From: Bacteroidota bacterium
GTDB lineage: Bacteria; Bacteroidota; Ignavibacteria; UBA10030
Direction: 5' to 3'
Length of the DNA: 64,000 nucleotides
Assembly: GCA_040901865.1 (NCBI GenBank)
Contig: JBBDYD010000142.1
Coordinates: 22,942-86,941, forward strand
Shown here: piece after piece, positions 17,813-27,114 of the stretch
Layout of the letters: every line of letters starts with the position of its first letter
Numbering within the stretch: position 1 is the first letter of the stretch
Translations under genes and position numbers: made by a program
Notes under the pieces: generated by a model
The model's input: only the letters and a program-made list of their open reading frames with translations
What the model was told of the DNA's origin: nothing
Databases searched by the model: none

Positions 17813-19597
17813 GTGAAGAAACCCAAGAAAGAATTCGGCGAAGTCCTTATTGAGAAGGGTATCATTACACCTGATATCCTCCTGAACGCCCTTGATACGC
17901 TCAGTAAGGAGACCCAGAAGAACAGGCGCAAGCTTCCGCAGGTTCTTGTCGAGGATTACAATGCCGACCGGAACAAAGTCTATCAGCAGGTTGCAGATTT
18001 TTACGCATTCAAAACGCTTGATATGGCCAAGTATACGATTGACGATACAGTGCTGGCGTTCGTGCGAAAGGAACTCACCGGGCTGCCGGTTTCAATCCGC
18101 GAACTTGCCGTTGAACACCAGGTGCTTCCGTTCATGGTCGATCCGGAAAACCCGGAACGCTTGTTTGTCATTACACCCGATCCGACAAAATCACCTGTTC
18201 ACCTGATCGCGCGCACATTTCCGTATCGGAAGTTTGAAATCTTCTATGCGAACTTTGATCAGTACGATGATCTCTGGAAGCGCGTTAATATCGGGCGGTC
18301 AACGTATAAGGATAAGGAGTCATCACTCCGCAATGAATCGTCGTTGTCCGGAATTGAAGAGGACGCAGAGCTGTACGAACAGGTCCTTGAAGAAGAGATC
18401 AATCGGAGCGGACTTGTAGATTTGGTGGAGAATATTTTCATGGATGCCGTGAGGACCGGTGCCAGCGACATCCACGTCATTCCGCGTGGCGAACGCACGA
18501 CGGAATTCCACTTCCGGGTCGATGGGAAGCTTTCTCTCTGGTACACCCACTCGGAGTCGAGAGCTGAAGCCGTTGCGGCGGTGGTGAAGGACCGGGCGAT
18601 GAACATAGACCGGTTCGAACGCAATACGGCGCAGGATGGGTTTGCGCAATTTATCATCGACAAGCGAACTGTGCGATTCAGGGTTTCGGTGATCCCGGTT
18701 GTCGGAAAAGAACTCAGAAGCAAGCTTGAATCGATCGTCATTCGTGTCCTTCAGGAACCGACCGTTGGAAACTCAATTGAAGAACTGGGATTTGAGTCCT
18801 ATTCGCAGGAGAGTTTTGTCAAGGCGATCAAAAAGCCGTACGGTATCGTTATCGTCACCGGACCGACGGGAAGCGGAAAGAGCACGACGTTGGTGGCGGC
18901 TCTGCGAGCGGTGATGGATTCAACCGTGAATGTGATTACGGTTGAGGACCCCGTTGAATACTTTATCGATGGAGCAAGACAGGTCAAGCTGAATCCCAAA
19001 CTTGATTTCGAGGGAGCATTGAGGGCGATTCTTCGCCACGACCCCGATATCGTCATGGTGGGTGAAATCCGCGATCAGATTACCGCAAACATCGCGGTCA
19101 AGCTTGCGAACACAGGCCATCTCACGTTCTCGACGCTGCATACAAATGATGCTCCCAGCGCTATTTCGCGGCTGTACAAAATGGGTGTTGAACCATTCCT
19201 GCTCGCCTATTCGATCAACATAGTTCTGGCCCAGCGTCTTTTGCGCAAGCTCTGTACAAAATGCAAGAGCCCGATCAACGAGCCGGATGTTGAAGCTCTC
19301 AAGCGGATAGGATTGACTGAAACGGAAATCAAGGAGTCGACATTTTATCGGGCGATCGGTTGTAACGATTGTCATGGCGGATACAAAGGGCGCAAGGCAA
19401 TTCACGAAGCCCTGTATTTCACAAAAAATATTCGAAAGATCATCCTTGCGGCAGAAGGATTGGTCGATGATGAAAAACTGCGCGCGCAGGCGATTGAAAA
19501 CGGAATGAAAACTCTGCGGCACGCCGCGCTCGGACTGCTGAAGAACGGCATTACATCGCTGGAAGAAGTCGCCAGCGCCACGGTGGAGGATGAATAG
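17813..19597 (+). CDS. Type II/IV secretion ATPase (GspE/PilB family) with an N-terminal T2SSE_N/MshEN-like domain
   Basis: GTG start 3 nt after the pilC stop. Walker A (GPTGSGKST), Asp/His boxes and a tetracysteine motif (CTKCK...CNDCHGGY). The N-terminal FGEVLIEKGIITPDILLNALDTL matches the T2SSE_N fold. Confidence 0.85.
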   Translation: MKKPKKEFGEVLIEKGIITPDILLNALDTLSKETQKNRRKLPQVLVEDYNADRNKVYQQVADFYAFKTLDMAKYTIDDTVLAFVRKELTGLPVSIRELAVEHQVLPFMVDPENPERLFVITPDPTKSPVHLIARTFPYRKFEIFYANFDQYDDLWKRVNIGRSTYKDKESSLRNESSLSGIEEDAELYEQVLEEEINRSGLVDLVENIFMDAVRTGASDIHVIPRGERTTEFHFRVDGKLSLWYTHSESRAEAVAAVVKDRAMNIDRFERNTAQDGFAQFIIDKRTVRFRVSVIPVVGKELRSKLESIVIRVLQEPTVGNSIEELGFESYSQESFVKAIKKPYGIVIVTGPTGSGKSTTLVAALRAVMDSTVNVITVEDPVEYFIDGARQVKLNPKLDFEGALRAILRHDPDIVMVGEIRDQITANIAVKLANTGHLTFSTLHTNDAPSAISRLYKMGVEPFLLAYSINIVLAQRLLRKLCTKCKSPINEPDVEALKRIGLTETEIKESTFYRAIGCNDCHGGYKGRKAIHEALYFTKNIRKIILAAEGLVDDEKLRAQAIENGMKTLRHAALGLLKNGITSLEEVASATVEDE

Positions 19598-19603
19598 AAC
19601 CCC

Positions 19604-20128
19604 ATGAACCTCGGTCAAACAATGCTCAGTGCCGCGACGCTCGTCGTCCTGGCGGTGCTCGTGCTCAATGCCAATCGCATGATTGTCCAGGGTGAACAGG
19701 ACATTGTCAAAGGCGAGACCTTCGATATCGCGGTGAATTATGCCCAGGCATTGCTGACAGAGATCAGCAGAAGGAAATTTGACACATATTCTGTTGATTC
19801 GGGATACCAGGCGACTTCGGACTTTACATCACCATATTCCCTTGGTCCGAATTCAGAGGAGTTGTCACTGGTCAGTCCCTGGCCCGACGTGGCGCCCTTT
19901 CGGTCCAAATACGCCTACGACGACGTCGATGACTATCACGGCTATCAACGCACTATCAATGTCGACGTGGTCCAGGGATTGAAGCTGTGGGGTGAGGTGT
20001 ATTATGTAACCAATACGAATCCGAATAGCAAAACCACTACGAAAACCTACTTCAAACGCGTTATTGTCTACGCCCAACACCCCTCGTATCTCAACACCAT
20101 TTCTTTCAGCACGCTGGTTACAAACTAG
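19604..20128 (+). CDS. Small exported protein with an N-terminal hydrophobic helix (pseudopilin/minor-pilin-like candidate)
   Basis: 174 aa. MNLGQTMLSAATLVVLAVLVL resembles a class III (prepilin) leader plus hydrophobic helix but has no canonical G-FTLIE. Starts 7 nt after pilB. Confidence 0.4.
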   Translation: MNLGQTMLSAATLVVLAVLVLNANRMIVQGEQDIVKGETFDIAVNYAQALLTEISRRKFDTYSVDSGYQATSDFTSPYSLGPNSEELSLVSPWPDVAPFRSKYAYDDVDDYHGYQRTINVDVVQGLKLWGEVYYVTNTNPNSKTTTKTYFKRVIVYAQHPSYLNTISFSTLVTN

Positions 20129-20680
20129 ATGGGCGTCATGCTTGATCTTGTTGCGTCAATGGTTGTGCGTGGAGCGATTGTGTACATCGTTCTGACAATG
20201 AACATTTCGCTGAACGAATTGCTCTATGAGAAGGCTCAGTACGCCATCGTCAAACAAAACACGGCGACGATGTCGGATGTTCTCCGGAATGATTTTCGAT
20301 ATATCGGATACGCTGTCTCGTCAGGAAACGCGATCCTGATAGCAGACTCCAATCAAATAAAATTCCAGGGGGATATCGACAACAACGGTGTTCTCGACAC
20401 CATGCACTTCTATATCGGACTTGTCACCGAGATGGCCGGCACGCCCAATCCTTCAGACCGGATTATCTATCGTCGCCGCAACTCCGGTACGCCGTTTGTT
20501 TTCGGGCATGGGGTGACGCAGTTCCTTCTCACTTACTATAAAGCAAACGGCAATGTCACGACCAGCCTCGGCGAGATCAAATCGCTCAAAGTGAGGATCG
20601 TTGTTCAAGGGGAACAGGAAATCAACCGTTATTATCCCACGAGCATCTGGGAAGCCTACCTCCAGCCATCGAATATATAA
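20129..20680 (+). CDS. Second small protein with an N-terminal hydrophobic helix (pilin-like candidate)
   Basis: 183 aa. MGVMLDLVASMVVRGAIVYIVL. Starts on the nucleotide after the previous stop. Confidence 0.4.
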   Translation: MGVMLDLVASMVVRGAIVYIVLTMNISLNELLYEKAQYAIVKQNTATMSDVLRNDFRYIGYAVSSGNAILIADSNQIKFQGDIDNNGVLDTMHFYIGLVTEMAGTPNPSDRIIYRRRNSGTPFVFGHGVTQFLLTYYKANGNVTTSLGEIKSLKVRIVVQGEQEINRYYPTSIWEAYLQPSNI

Positions 20681-21097
20681 TCCCCCATCCTCATGGGTAA
20701 CGCGCGGTCCAACGGGTTGCTGAAGTCATTCGTTCCAAATATAGGCAGGGCAGATGGCCAATGGGGCGGTTGCCCTGGCGGTCTTCCAGATGGGAAATTC
20801 AAAGCCTGCGGCGCTCCCCACTCCCGCGGGGCGGCCCATGTTTGGAGGCGTTGCAAGTTACGCGGTTGATGATCAGGGACTCCTCCAAATGAAGCCAGGA
20901 TCAACGGACGCGGGGTGTTTAACGGCCACACCGTTGTCCGCGAAGCAGTCATTTGCCTGACCTCAACTCAATCTGTCAGCAAGAAAAAGAAGTGGAGTAA
21001 TTGGGAGACTGTGAAGGCGACTACCGGATTCGAAGGATCAGAGTACACGAATCAATATCTGACCGGAAGTTAGCAGTATAAATGTTGGCAGGAACAA

Positions 21098-21132
21098 GGC
21101 CGGCGCCCAAGCGGAGCGCCGGCTTTTTTTTT
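21098..21132 (+). terminator. Strong rho-independent terminator (ggccggcgc..gcgccggc followed by T9)
   Basis: 9-bp GC stem followed by ttttttttt. Lies about 420 nt after the last pil-cluster CDS and abuts the stop of the minus-strand gene 21131-21850. Confidence 0.75.
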
Positions 21133-21850
21133 AACGAATGGGGACTGCCCAGAAGATCTTGTTTGTCACGTTGTTCACAAGGGCAAGTTCCTTGGGTACG
21201 AGCTCGAGGATCGCTTGCTTTCTCAGGTCGGATTTTTCAATATCCACCATGAACTTGACACGGAAGTAAATGTTCTCCTCTTCAGCTTTTGCCGTCCGAG
21301 CCAGGTCGCGTCCAACCTGCCACCGGTGACCCTTGGGCAGGTTGATATAGAGGCTGGACGTCCTGTAGCCGCTCCGAATGGAATCAGCAAGGTGCACATA
21401 GGAATTCTTTCGAATCTGACATTGAACTGACGGAATGTTGTACGGGGCATCAATAATAGTCGTAGAGGAAATACCAAAGACGCTCTTGTCAGCATCGTAC
21501 GAGCCGAGGCTGGCTTTGAAAAGAACCGCGATGACACGCTGGTCCAATTTCTGATCACGGCTGAATTTAATGACCCGGGAAAGCGCCTGTTGACGTGAGT
21601 CGGTTACCCGCCGTTCAAACTCACGCGCGGTTTCAAACTCTCCTTTTGATGCACTCGAGGCCAGGTAACCTTCCGTTTCAGTCTTCAGAAAAGACCAGAT
21701 CTCCTTGAGGAGGTTCGTGAAGTCCTGCGGCATCATTGTCTCTTCCTGCGGGGCAGGGGGAGACGGCGTTTGCTGAGTACGTGAGGCAACCGGTACAAGA
21801 AAAACTAGAAAGAATAACGGCACCATCATGCGCCGAAGGGTGCTGTTCAT
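21131..21850 (-). CDS. Secreted hypothetical protein, last gene of the haem operon
   Basis: Signal peptide (MMVPLFFLVFLVPVASRTQQ). No family recognised. Lies 24 nt downstream of hemY on the same strand. Confidence 0.5.
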   Translation of the reverse strand: MNSTLRRMMVPLFFLVFLVPVASRTQQTPSPPAPQEETMMPQDFTNLLKEIWSFLKTETEGYLASSASKGEFETAREFERRVTDSRQQALSRVIKFSRDQKLDQRVIAVLFKASLGSYDADKSVFGISSTTIIDAPYNIPSVQCQIRKNSYVHLADSIRSGYRTSSLYINLPKGHRWQVGRDLARTAKAEEENIYFRVKFMVDIEKSDLRKQAILELVPKELALVNNVTNKIFWAVPIR

Positions 21851-21874
21851 ACGATCTCCTTGAATAGTGTCAGA

Positions 21875-23296
21875 TCAGCTGGCGACATCTTTCAGATATG
21901 CTCTCGCTTGGTGGGCAATCAACTCGGAGTTCTGAATGCAGTCACCCACCGAGATCCCACCACGAAAATTGCTGCAAAAAAACAACCCCCGATGCGTCTG
22001 CTCGAAATTGCTGAGGGCGTTCATGACGCGATCATACCCCAGAACATATTGCGGAATAGCATGCTTCCACCTCGTCATGCTCCAATATACTGGTTTTCCC
22101 CGAATTTGCATAATGGTTTCTAGGTCCCGCAAAACCATGGCAAGGACATCATCGTCGCCGGCTGTTGTAAGTTCGGGCTGTCGTCCTCCGCCGACGAAAA
22201 CTGTCAATCCGGCGAAGCCCTCGGGGGCCCGGTAGGGAAACAGGCTGGATGACCATAAGCAGCCAAGGATGTTCTTTCTCTCAAGCGATGGGACCAGAAA
22301 ACCAAATCCATTCAGTGGATGGCCGATCTCGTGCTCGCGATATCCGAGAAACACAGAAACAACAGGTGGATATTCAATCGACGCCAGTTCCTTTGCAACG
22401 GTTTGTGAGAGCGGCAGAACAAGTCGGCCGGCAGTCCCTGCCGGAGTGGCGATGACCACCGCGCTTCCGCCAAGGTGTTTTGCCTGATCACCGTGAAGGT
22501 AGTCGATCACGTATTGTCGGGCGTTCGGAGCGATAGTAGCTCTGTTGACCGAAGGGCGTACCCGAATTCCCGTTGCCGTTGCGTTGTAGCTGACCCTCTC
22601 TCCCAGCATGGATCCAAGGCGAAGTGGCAGGGATTGCATGCCTCGGCTGAATGAAAAGCTCTTTGCCCTGTCTTTTGACTGCTCCTGTCTCGCTTTCCGT
22701 TTTTTGCGGCCGAGGATCATTCCCTTGATGAGACCCCCATAGGTTGCTTCGAGGGCATAGAGTTTTGGAAACGCTGCCCGGACGCTGAGAGCCTCAGGCC
22801 GCGCGGCAAAAATTCCGGCGACAAACGGATCGATGGCATAATCAAGAAACTCTCTCCCCAACCGGCGGGTGACGAACTCGGCGATACTTTCTTCCTTCAA
22901 CGCTCGGCCCACAAAAGGCTCTTTCAAGAGTCTGAATTTTGCGCCGACAGAGAACAAATCCGTTGTGAGAAAGGAGAGGGGAGATGAGGGGAGAGCACAG
23001 AGCCTGCCGTTCTTGAGGATGAATCGATTCTTGCTGGAAGGACGGGCGTACAGAAAATCATTTGCAAGTCCAAGATCTGAAACGAGCGAGGCAATAAGCG
23101 GAGTTGTTTCAAGTGCACTGTTCGGACCGAGTTCAGAAAGAAAACCCTCTTCGTGCCTCGTTTTCATCGTTCCGCCGGGTCCGGACTCTTGTTCGAGGAC
23201 CCTTACACTCAGCCCTGCCTTCGCAAGCCAATGAGCTGCGGCGAGTCCTGAAATCCCTCCGCCAATGATGACGACGTCTGCGCTTTCTGATTCCAT
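21875..23296 (-). CDS. hemY: Protoporphyrinogen oxidase (HemY/PgoX family, FAD-dependent)
   Basis: N-terminal dinucleotide fold (VVIIGGGISGLAAAHWL). Length 473 aa. Context after hemH. Confidence 0.85.
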   Translation of the reverse strand: MESESADVVIIGGGISGLAAAHWLAKAGLSVRVLEQESGPGGTMKTRHEEGFLSELGPNSALETTPLIASLVSDLGLANDFLYARPSSKNRFILKNGRLCALPSSPLSFLTTDLFSVGAKFRLLKEPFVGRALKEESIAEFVTRRLGREFLDYAIDPFVAGIFAARPEALSVRAAFPKLYALEATYGGLIKGMILGRKKRKARQEQSKDRAKSFSFSRGMQSLPLRLGSMLGERVSYNATATGIRVRPSVNRATIAPNARQYVIDYLHGDQAKHLGGSAVVIATPAGTAGRLVLPLSQTVAKELASIEYPPVVSVFLGYREHEIGHPLNGFGFLVPSLERKNILGCLWSSSLFPYRAPEGFAGLTVFVGGGRQPELTTAGDDDVLAMVLRDLETIMQIRGKPVYWSMTRWKHAIPQYVLGYDRVMNALSNFEQTHRGLFFCSNFRGGISVGDCIQNSELIAHQARAYLKDVAS

Positions 23297-23303
23297 GATG
23301 AAA

Positions 23304-24374
23304 TTATGAGGATAGAAACGAAGGGCAAAGCGCCGGCTTCGGCTCGTTGGGTTTCGAATTCCACAGAAGCCGGCAGGTCTGGTTCAGTTCCGACGAGCTC
23401 ATCGCTTTGACAACCAGGTCGGTAAGGCACGCAATGTATTCGGGGTGATCATTCAGGGCCGGCATCATCTCGAACCGTGCGATACCGAGATGTTGTGCCT
23501 CTTCACGAGCTTCAATATTGATTTCATGGAGCGTTTCGATATGTTCTGTGACAAACGCAACAGGAATAACCAGAAGATGTTTTCGTCCGGCAGAACCGAG
23601 GGACCGGATGACTCCTGTCAGCGATGGTTCAAGCCAGCGGGCGGGCCCGACTTTGCTTTGGTAGCAGGTGATGTGGGGTGATGACCAGCCGCCGTGTCGA
23701 AGCACCTGCTTAACCGTCTCTTCAATATGGAGTTTGTACGGGTCCCCCTTTTTGATGAAATCGACGGGAACTCCATGGGCGCTGAACACAAGATCAATAT
23801 CACCCGGATCAATCCCAGCAAAGCGCTTCAGAGTCTGGTTGATGTTTCCGACAAGGGCGCTTATATACTTTGGATGATCCGGATAGCAGCAGAGAAGCCT
23901 GGTTGGGACGTTCGAGAATCCCAGACGCTCGCACTGCCGTCGCCATTCGTTCATGCTCGAAAAAGTCGTGGCTTTCGAATACTGAGGATACAGGGGAAGA
24001 AGAACAATTTCGTCAAACGACCCGCGCTGCAACTCCCGAATCACTTCCTCGGTGAGCGGGTGCCAGTATCGCATGGCAACAAGAACGCGTGCATCGATGC
24101 CGTTCGCCCGAAGAGCCTGCTCGAGCCCTTTCGCCTGAAGGTCGGTAAGTTCATTAATGGGAGATTTTCCCCCGATCTCGGCATAGTGCTTGCCGACGGG
24201 TTTCGACCTGCTGGCGGCAATTCTGCGAGCAAGAAGCCTTCGGGCAAGGAACGCTCCCGGAAAATCGATAATGTCAGGGTCAACAAAAAGGTTGTACAGG
24301 AATGGCTCGATGGCGTCCAGAGAATCGGGGCCGCCAAGCTGAAACAAAACAACGGCAGTTCTTTTTTGTGCCAT
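23304..24374 (-). CDS. hemH: Ferrochelatase
   Basis: AVVLFQLGGPDS, LLPLYPQYS and FSAHGVP motifs. Confidence 0.9.
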   Translation of the reverse strand: MAQKRTAVVLFQLGGPDSLDAIEPFLYNLFVDPDIIDFPGAFLARRLLARRIAASRSKPVGKHYAEIGGKSPINELTDLQAKGLEQALRANGIDARVLVAMRYWHPLTEEVIRELQRGSFDEIVLLPLYPQYSKATTFSSMNEWRRQCERLGFSNVPTRLLCCYPDHPKYISALVGNINQTLKRFAGIDPGDIDLVFSAHGVPVDFIKKGDPYKLHIEETVKQVLRHGGWSSPHITCYQSKVGPARWLEPSLTGVIRSLGSAGRKHLLVIPVAFVTEHIETLHEINIEAREEAQHLGIARFEMMPALNDHPEYIACLTDLVVKAMSSSELNQTCRLLWNSKPNEPKPALCPSFLSS

Positions 24375-24402
24375 GGTCTCTTTTTTTTAAAAGGAGAGGG
24401 AC

Positions 24403-25293
24403 CTACTGTCTCACCCAGTCCCTGGGCGAGCGCAACACCTCCACGAGCTCAAATTCACGAGATCCTGGTTCCGGGCGCACGTCATACGCCCATCGAACCA
24501 ATGGAGGCAATGAGATCAAGATCGATTCGGCTCTCCCCTGAGTCTCCAGCCCGAACAGTGTCCCACGGTCGTAGACAAGATTGAATTCCACATAACGACC
24601 GCGTCGGATCAATTGCCATTCCCGCTCCTGATCCCCCCAACGATCCCTTTTCCTTCTTTCGACTATGGGCACGTAAGATTCTAGGATCGAATGTCCCAGA
24701 GTCTCGATCAGCGGAAACTGCCGGTCGAATTCTCCCCGGACATAGTCGAAAAAAATTCCTCCAATGCCTCTCGCCTCTTGCCGATGGGGGAGTGAGAAAT
24801 ATCGATCGCAGGCCGATTTGAATTTTGGATATAGTGAAGGATCATGACGATCACAGGAGTCTTTCCAGGTACGGTGGAAGTGAACAGCGTCCTCCTCATA
24901 AAGATAGTACGGGGTGAGATCGGCTCCTCCTCCAAACCAGCTATCACCGTCTTCGAGTTCCAAATACCGAAAATTGGCATGAAAGGTCGGAATCATGGGA
25001 CTTTTCGGATGAAGCACAAGCGATAGGCCGGCGGCAAAGAAGCTTTGTGACCGGGTTTTCAGACGCTCTGCAAGTACGCCGGTCAACACTCCTTGAACTG
25101 CCGATGTATTCACGCCGCCTTTTTCGAATACACCACCGTTCTGGATGATGCGGGTGCGCCCGCCTCCACCCGACACATGGGTCCACGAATCTTCATGAAA
25201 TCGCGCCTCCCCGTCAAGTTCCTCGAGACGAGAACAGATGGATTCCTGAAGCGACTCAAAAAGCGATACCGCGCGGGTCTGATAAGGATTCAT
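24403..25293 (-). CDS. hemF: Oxygen-dependent coproporphyrinogen III oxidase
   Basis: RGIGGIFFDY and YVEFNLVYDRGTLFGL signature motifs. Confidence 0.9.
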   Translation of the reverse strand: MNPYQTRAVSLFESLQESICSRLEELDGEARFHEDSWTHVSGGGGRTRIIQNGGVFEKGGVNTSAVQGVLTGVLAERLKTRSQSFFAAGLSLVLHPKSPMIPTFHANFRYLELEDGDSWFGGGADLTPYYLYEEDAVHFHRTWKDSCDRHDPSLYPKFKSACDRYFSLPHRQEARGIGGIFFDYVRGEFDRQFPLIETLGHSILESYVPIVERRKRDRWGDQEREWQLIRRGRYVEFNLVYDRGTLFGLETQGRAESILISLPPLVRWAYDVRPEPGSREFELVEVLRSPRDWVRQ

Positions 25294-26336
25294 GAACGAT
25301 GGAACCGGGGGCTTTCTTCCTGTACGGCCCGAACAAATGCTTTCGCATGTTCCACGGGCACATCCGGAAGAATCCCATGACCGAGGTTGAAGATGTGACC
25401 GGAGCCGTTCCCGAACTTTTCGAGAGCCCTGACCACGCTTTTGCGAATAATATCGGGTGGAGCGTAAAGCACGGATGGGTCAAGATTCCCTTGCAGGGCA
25501 ACGCGTGATCCTATTTGCTTGCGGGCTTTCCCGAGGTCCGATGTCCAATCTAGACCGATGACATCTGGTCCGAGATCTGCTATCTCGTTGAGAGAATGGT
25601 TGCAATCCTTGCAGAACAGAATCACGGGGACGTCCTTCCGGTTGAGGAGCGAGAGGACCTTTTTGATTGGACCCAGAGAGAACTCTTTGAATTCATCCGG
25701 AGGAAGAATGCCGCCCCAGGAATCAAAGATCTGTACCGCCTGTGCTCCGGCAGCAATTTTTGCATTCAAATACAAGGCCGTGGCTTCGGACAGCTTGTCG
25801 AGAAGCATATGTGCAAGGTTTGGATCAGAATATATGAGCTCTTTGATGAAGCGGAAGTTGCGGGAGCCCCTGCCCTCGACCATGTACGCAGCGAGGGTCC
25901 ACGGAGAGCCGGCAAATCCGATAAGCGGCACCCGGCCATTGAGCCGTTGCCGGGTGAGGGCCACCGCGTCCAGGACATACTTCAGTTCTTCCTGCGGGTC
26001 CGGGATCTGAAGTTTCTCGACGGCTGATCGGGATCGGATAGGGTCAGGAAATCGCGGACCCCCTTTTCCTTCTTCTATAATAAGAGTCATCCCCATCGCT
26101 TCCGGCACCACGAGAATGTCAGAGAAGATGATGCAGGCATCGACGCCGAGAATTTCAACGGGTTGAAGAGATACCTCGGAGGCAAGTTCCGGTGTCCGAC
26201 ACAGTGTCAAAAAATCCGTGGTAGCACGAATGGCGCGGTACTCGGGCAGATAGCGCCCTGCCTGGCGCATCATCCAAACGGGGGTTCGCTCAACCGGTTC
26301 GCGGCGGCATGCTTTGAGAAACAATGTATTGTTCAT
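25290..26336 (-). CDS. hemE: Uroporphyrinogen decarboxylase
   Basis: PVWMMRQAGRYLPEY N-terminal motif. 4-nt overlap with hemF. Confidence 0.9.
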   Translation of the reverse strand: MNNTLFLKACRREPVERTPVWMMRQAGRYLPEYRAIRATTDFLTLCRTPELASEVSLQPVEILGVDACIIFSDILVVPEAMGMTLIIEEGKGGPRFPDPIRSRSAVEKLQIPDPQEELKYVLDAVALTRQRLNGRVPLIGFAGSPWTLAAYMVEGRGSRNFRFIKELIYSDPNLAHMLLDKLSEATALYLNAKIAAGAQAVQIFDSWGGILPPDEFKEFSLGPIKKVLSLLNRKDVPVILFCKDCNHSLNEIADLGPDVIGLDWTSDLGKARKQIGSRVALQGNLDPSVLYAPPDIIRKSVVRALEKFGNGSGHIFNLGHGILPDVPVEHAKAFVRAVQEESPRFHRS

Positions 26337-26340
26337 GGGT

Positions 26341-27114
26341 TCATTGAGGGAAATGTGTCAGGAACATTTCGATGGAATCGATCAGTGCTTTCGTTGTCGG
26401 TTTTTCTGCGACCACTGAGACAGCGAACCCTGCGCTTCGCGCTGCCTCAGCGGTCGTCGGTCCGATCGCAGCAACGAAGAGGGATTTTGTAAATCCTGTG
26501 CCGATCATTTGAGTGAAATTGAAAACCGCTGATGGACTAAAAAAGAGCAGGATATCGACGGTTCCCAGTCGAAGGGCGTTCCGTACTGTATCTAAATCCT
26601 TCGGGGTTGGCGCTTCAGTTTTATACACGATTGCCTCATCGACGAATGCTCCCCGCGCCCTCAGGGCTTCCGGAAGGACCTCTCTGGCGATGTTACTTTT
26701 TGGGAAAAAAAAGTGCCAGCCTTTGACGTCTTCCCCAACGGAATCCGCGAAGTCTCCCGCGGTTCCCCCCTCGGTCATCGTTGCCGAAACACCGGCGGCT
26801 TCAAGCGAATCACGTGTTCGCTCCCCTACGGCATAAGTTCGAATCGAATGCAGCATCTTCAAACCCTCCGGATGAATAACCCCGATGCGCTTGAGCAATG
26901 CACGGACGGCGTTGCTGCTGGTAAAGAGCACTGCGTCGAAGTCTCGAAGATGCAGTATCGCCGAATCACACATATCCCAGGAATCAGGGTCTGTGAATCG
27001 GACTGTCGGGAGAGAGAGAGTGCGGGCGCCCTTGCTCTCGAGATGAGTTGCGATTTCGCTGTTCGCCTCATCCGACCGCGTGAGCAGAACGGTCTTGCCT
27101 TGAAGCGCGCTCAT
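26341..27114 (-). CDS. hemD: Uroporphyrinogen-III synthase
   Basis: 257 aa, HEM4-like (GKTVLLTR...). Position between hemC and hemE. Confidence 0.8.
   Translation of the reverse strand: MSALQGKTVLLTRSDEANSEIATHLESKGARTLSLPTVRFTDPDSWDMCDSAILHLRDFDAVLFTSSNAVRALLKRIGVIHPEGLKMLHSIRTYAVGERTRDSLEAAGVSATMTEGGTAGDFADSVGEDVKGWHFFFPKSNIAREVLPEALRARGAFVDEAIVYKTEAPTPKDLDTVRNALRLGTVDILLFFSPSAVFNFTQMIGTGFTKSLFVAAIGPTTAEAARSAGFAVSVVAEKPTTKALIDSIEMFLTHFPQ

Noticed and set aside
20754-20960. 68-aa ORF in the gene-free region after the pilin-like genes
   Set aside because: No SD in a genome that otherwise uses strong SDs. The Ala/Gly/Pro-rich composition mirrors local GC richness, and an equally long antisense ORF overlaps it.
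20980-21100. CCGGAAG..AGCAG motif resembling SRP-RNA (4.5S) domain IV
   Set aside because: The flanking sequences do not pair into the obligatory long hairpin, and the conserved AGG/AGCA internal-loop partners are missing. Probably a coincidence. The region is kept only as a generic ncRNA candidate.
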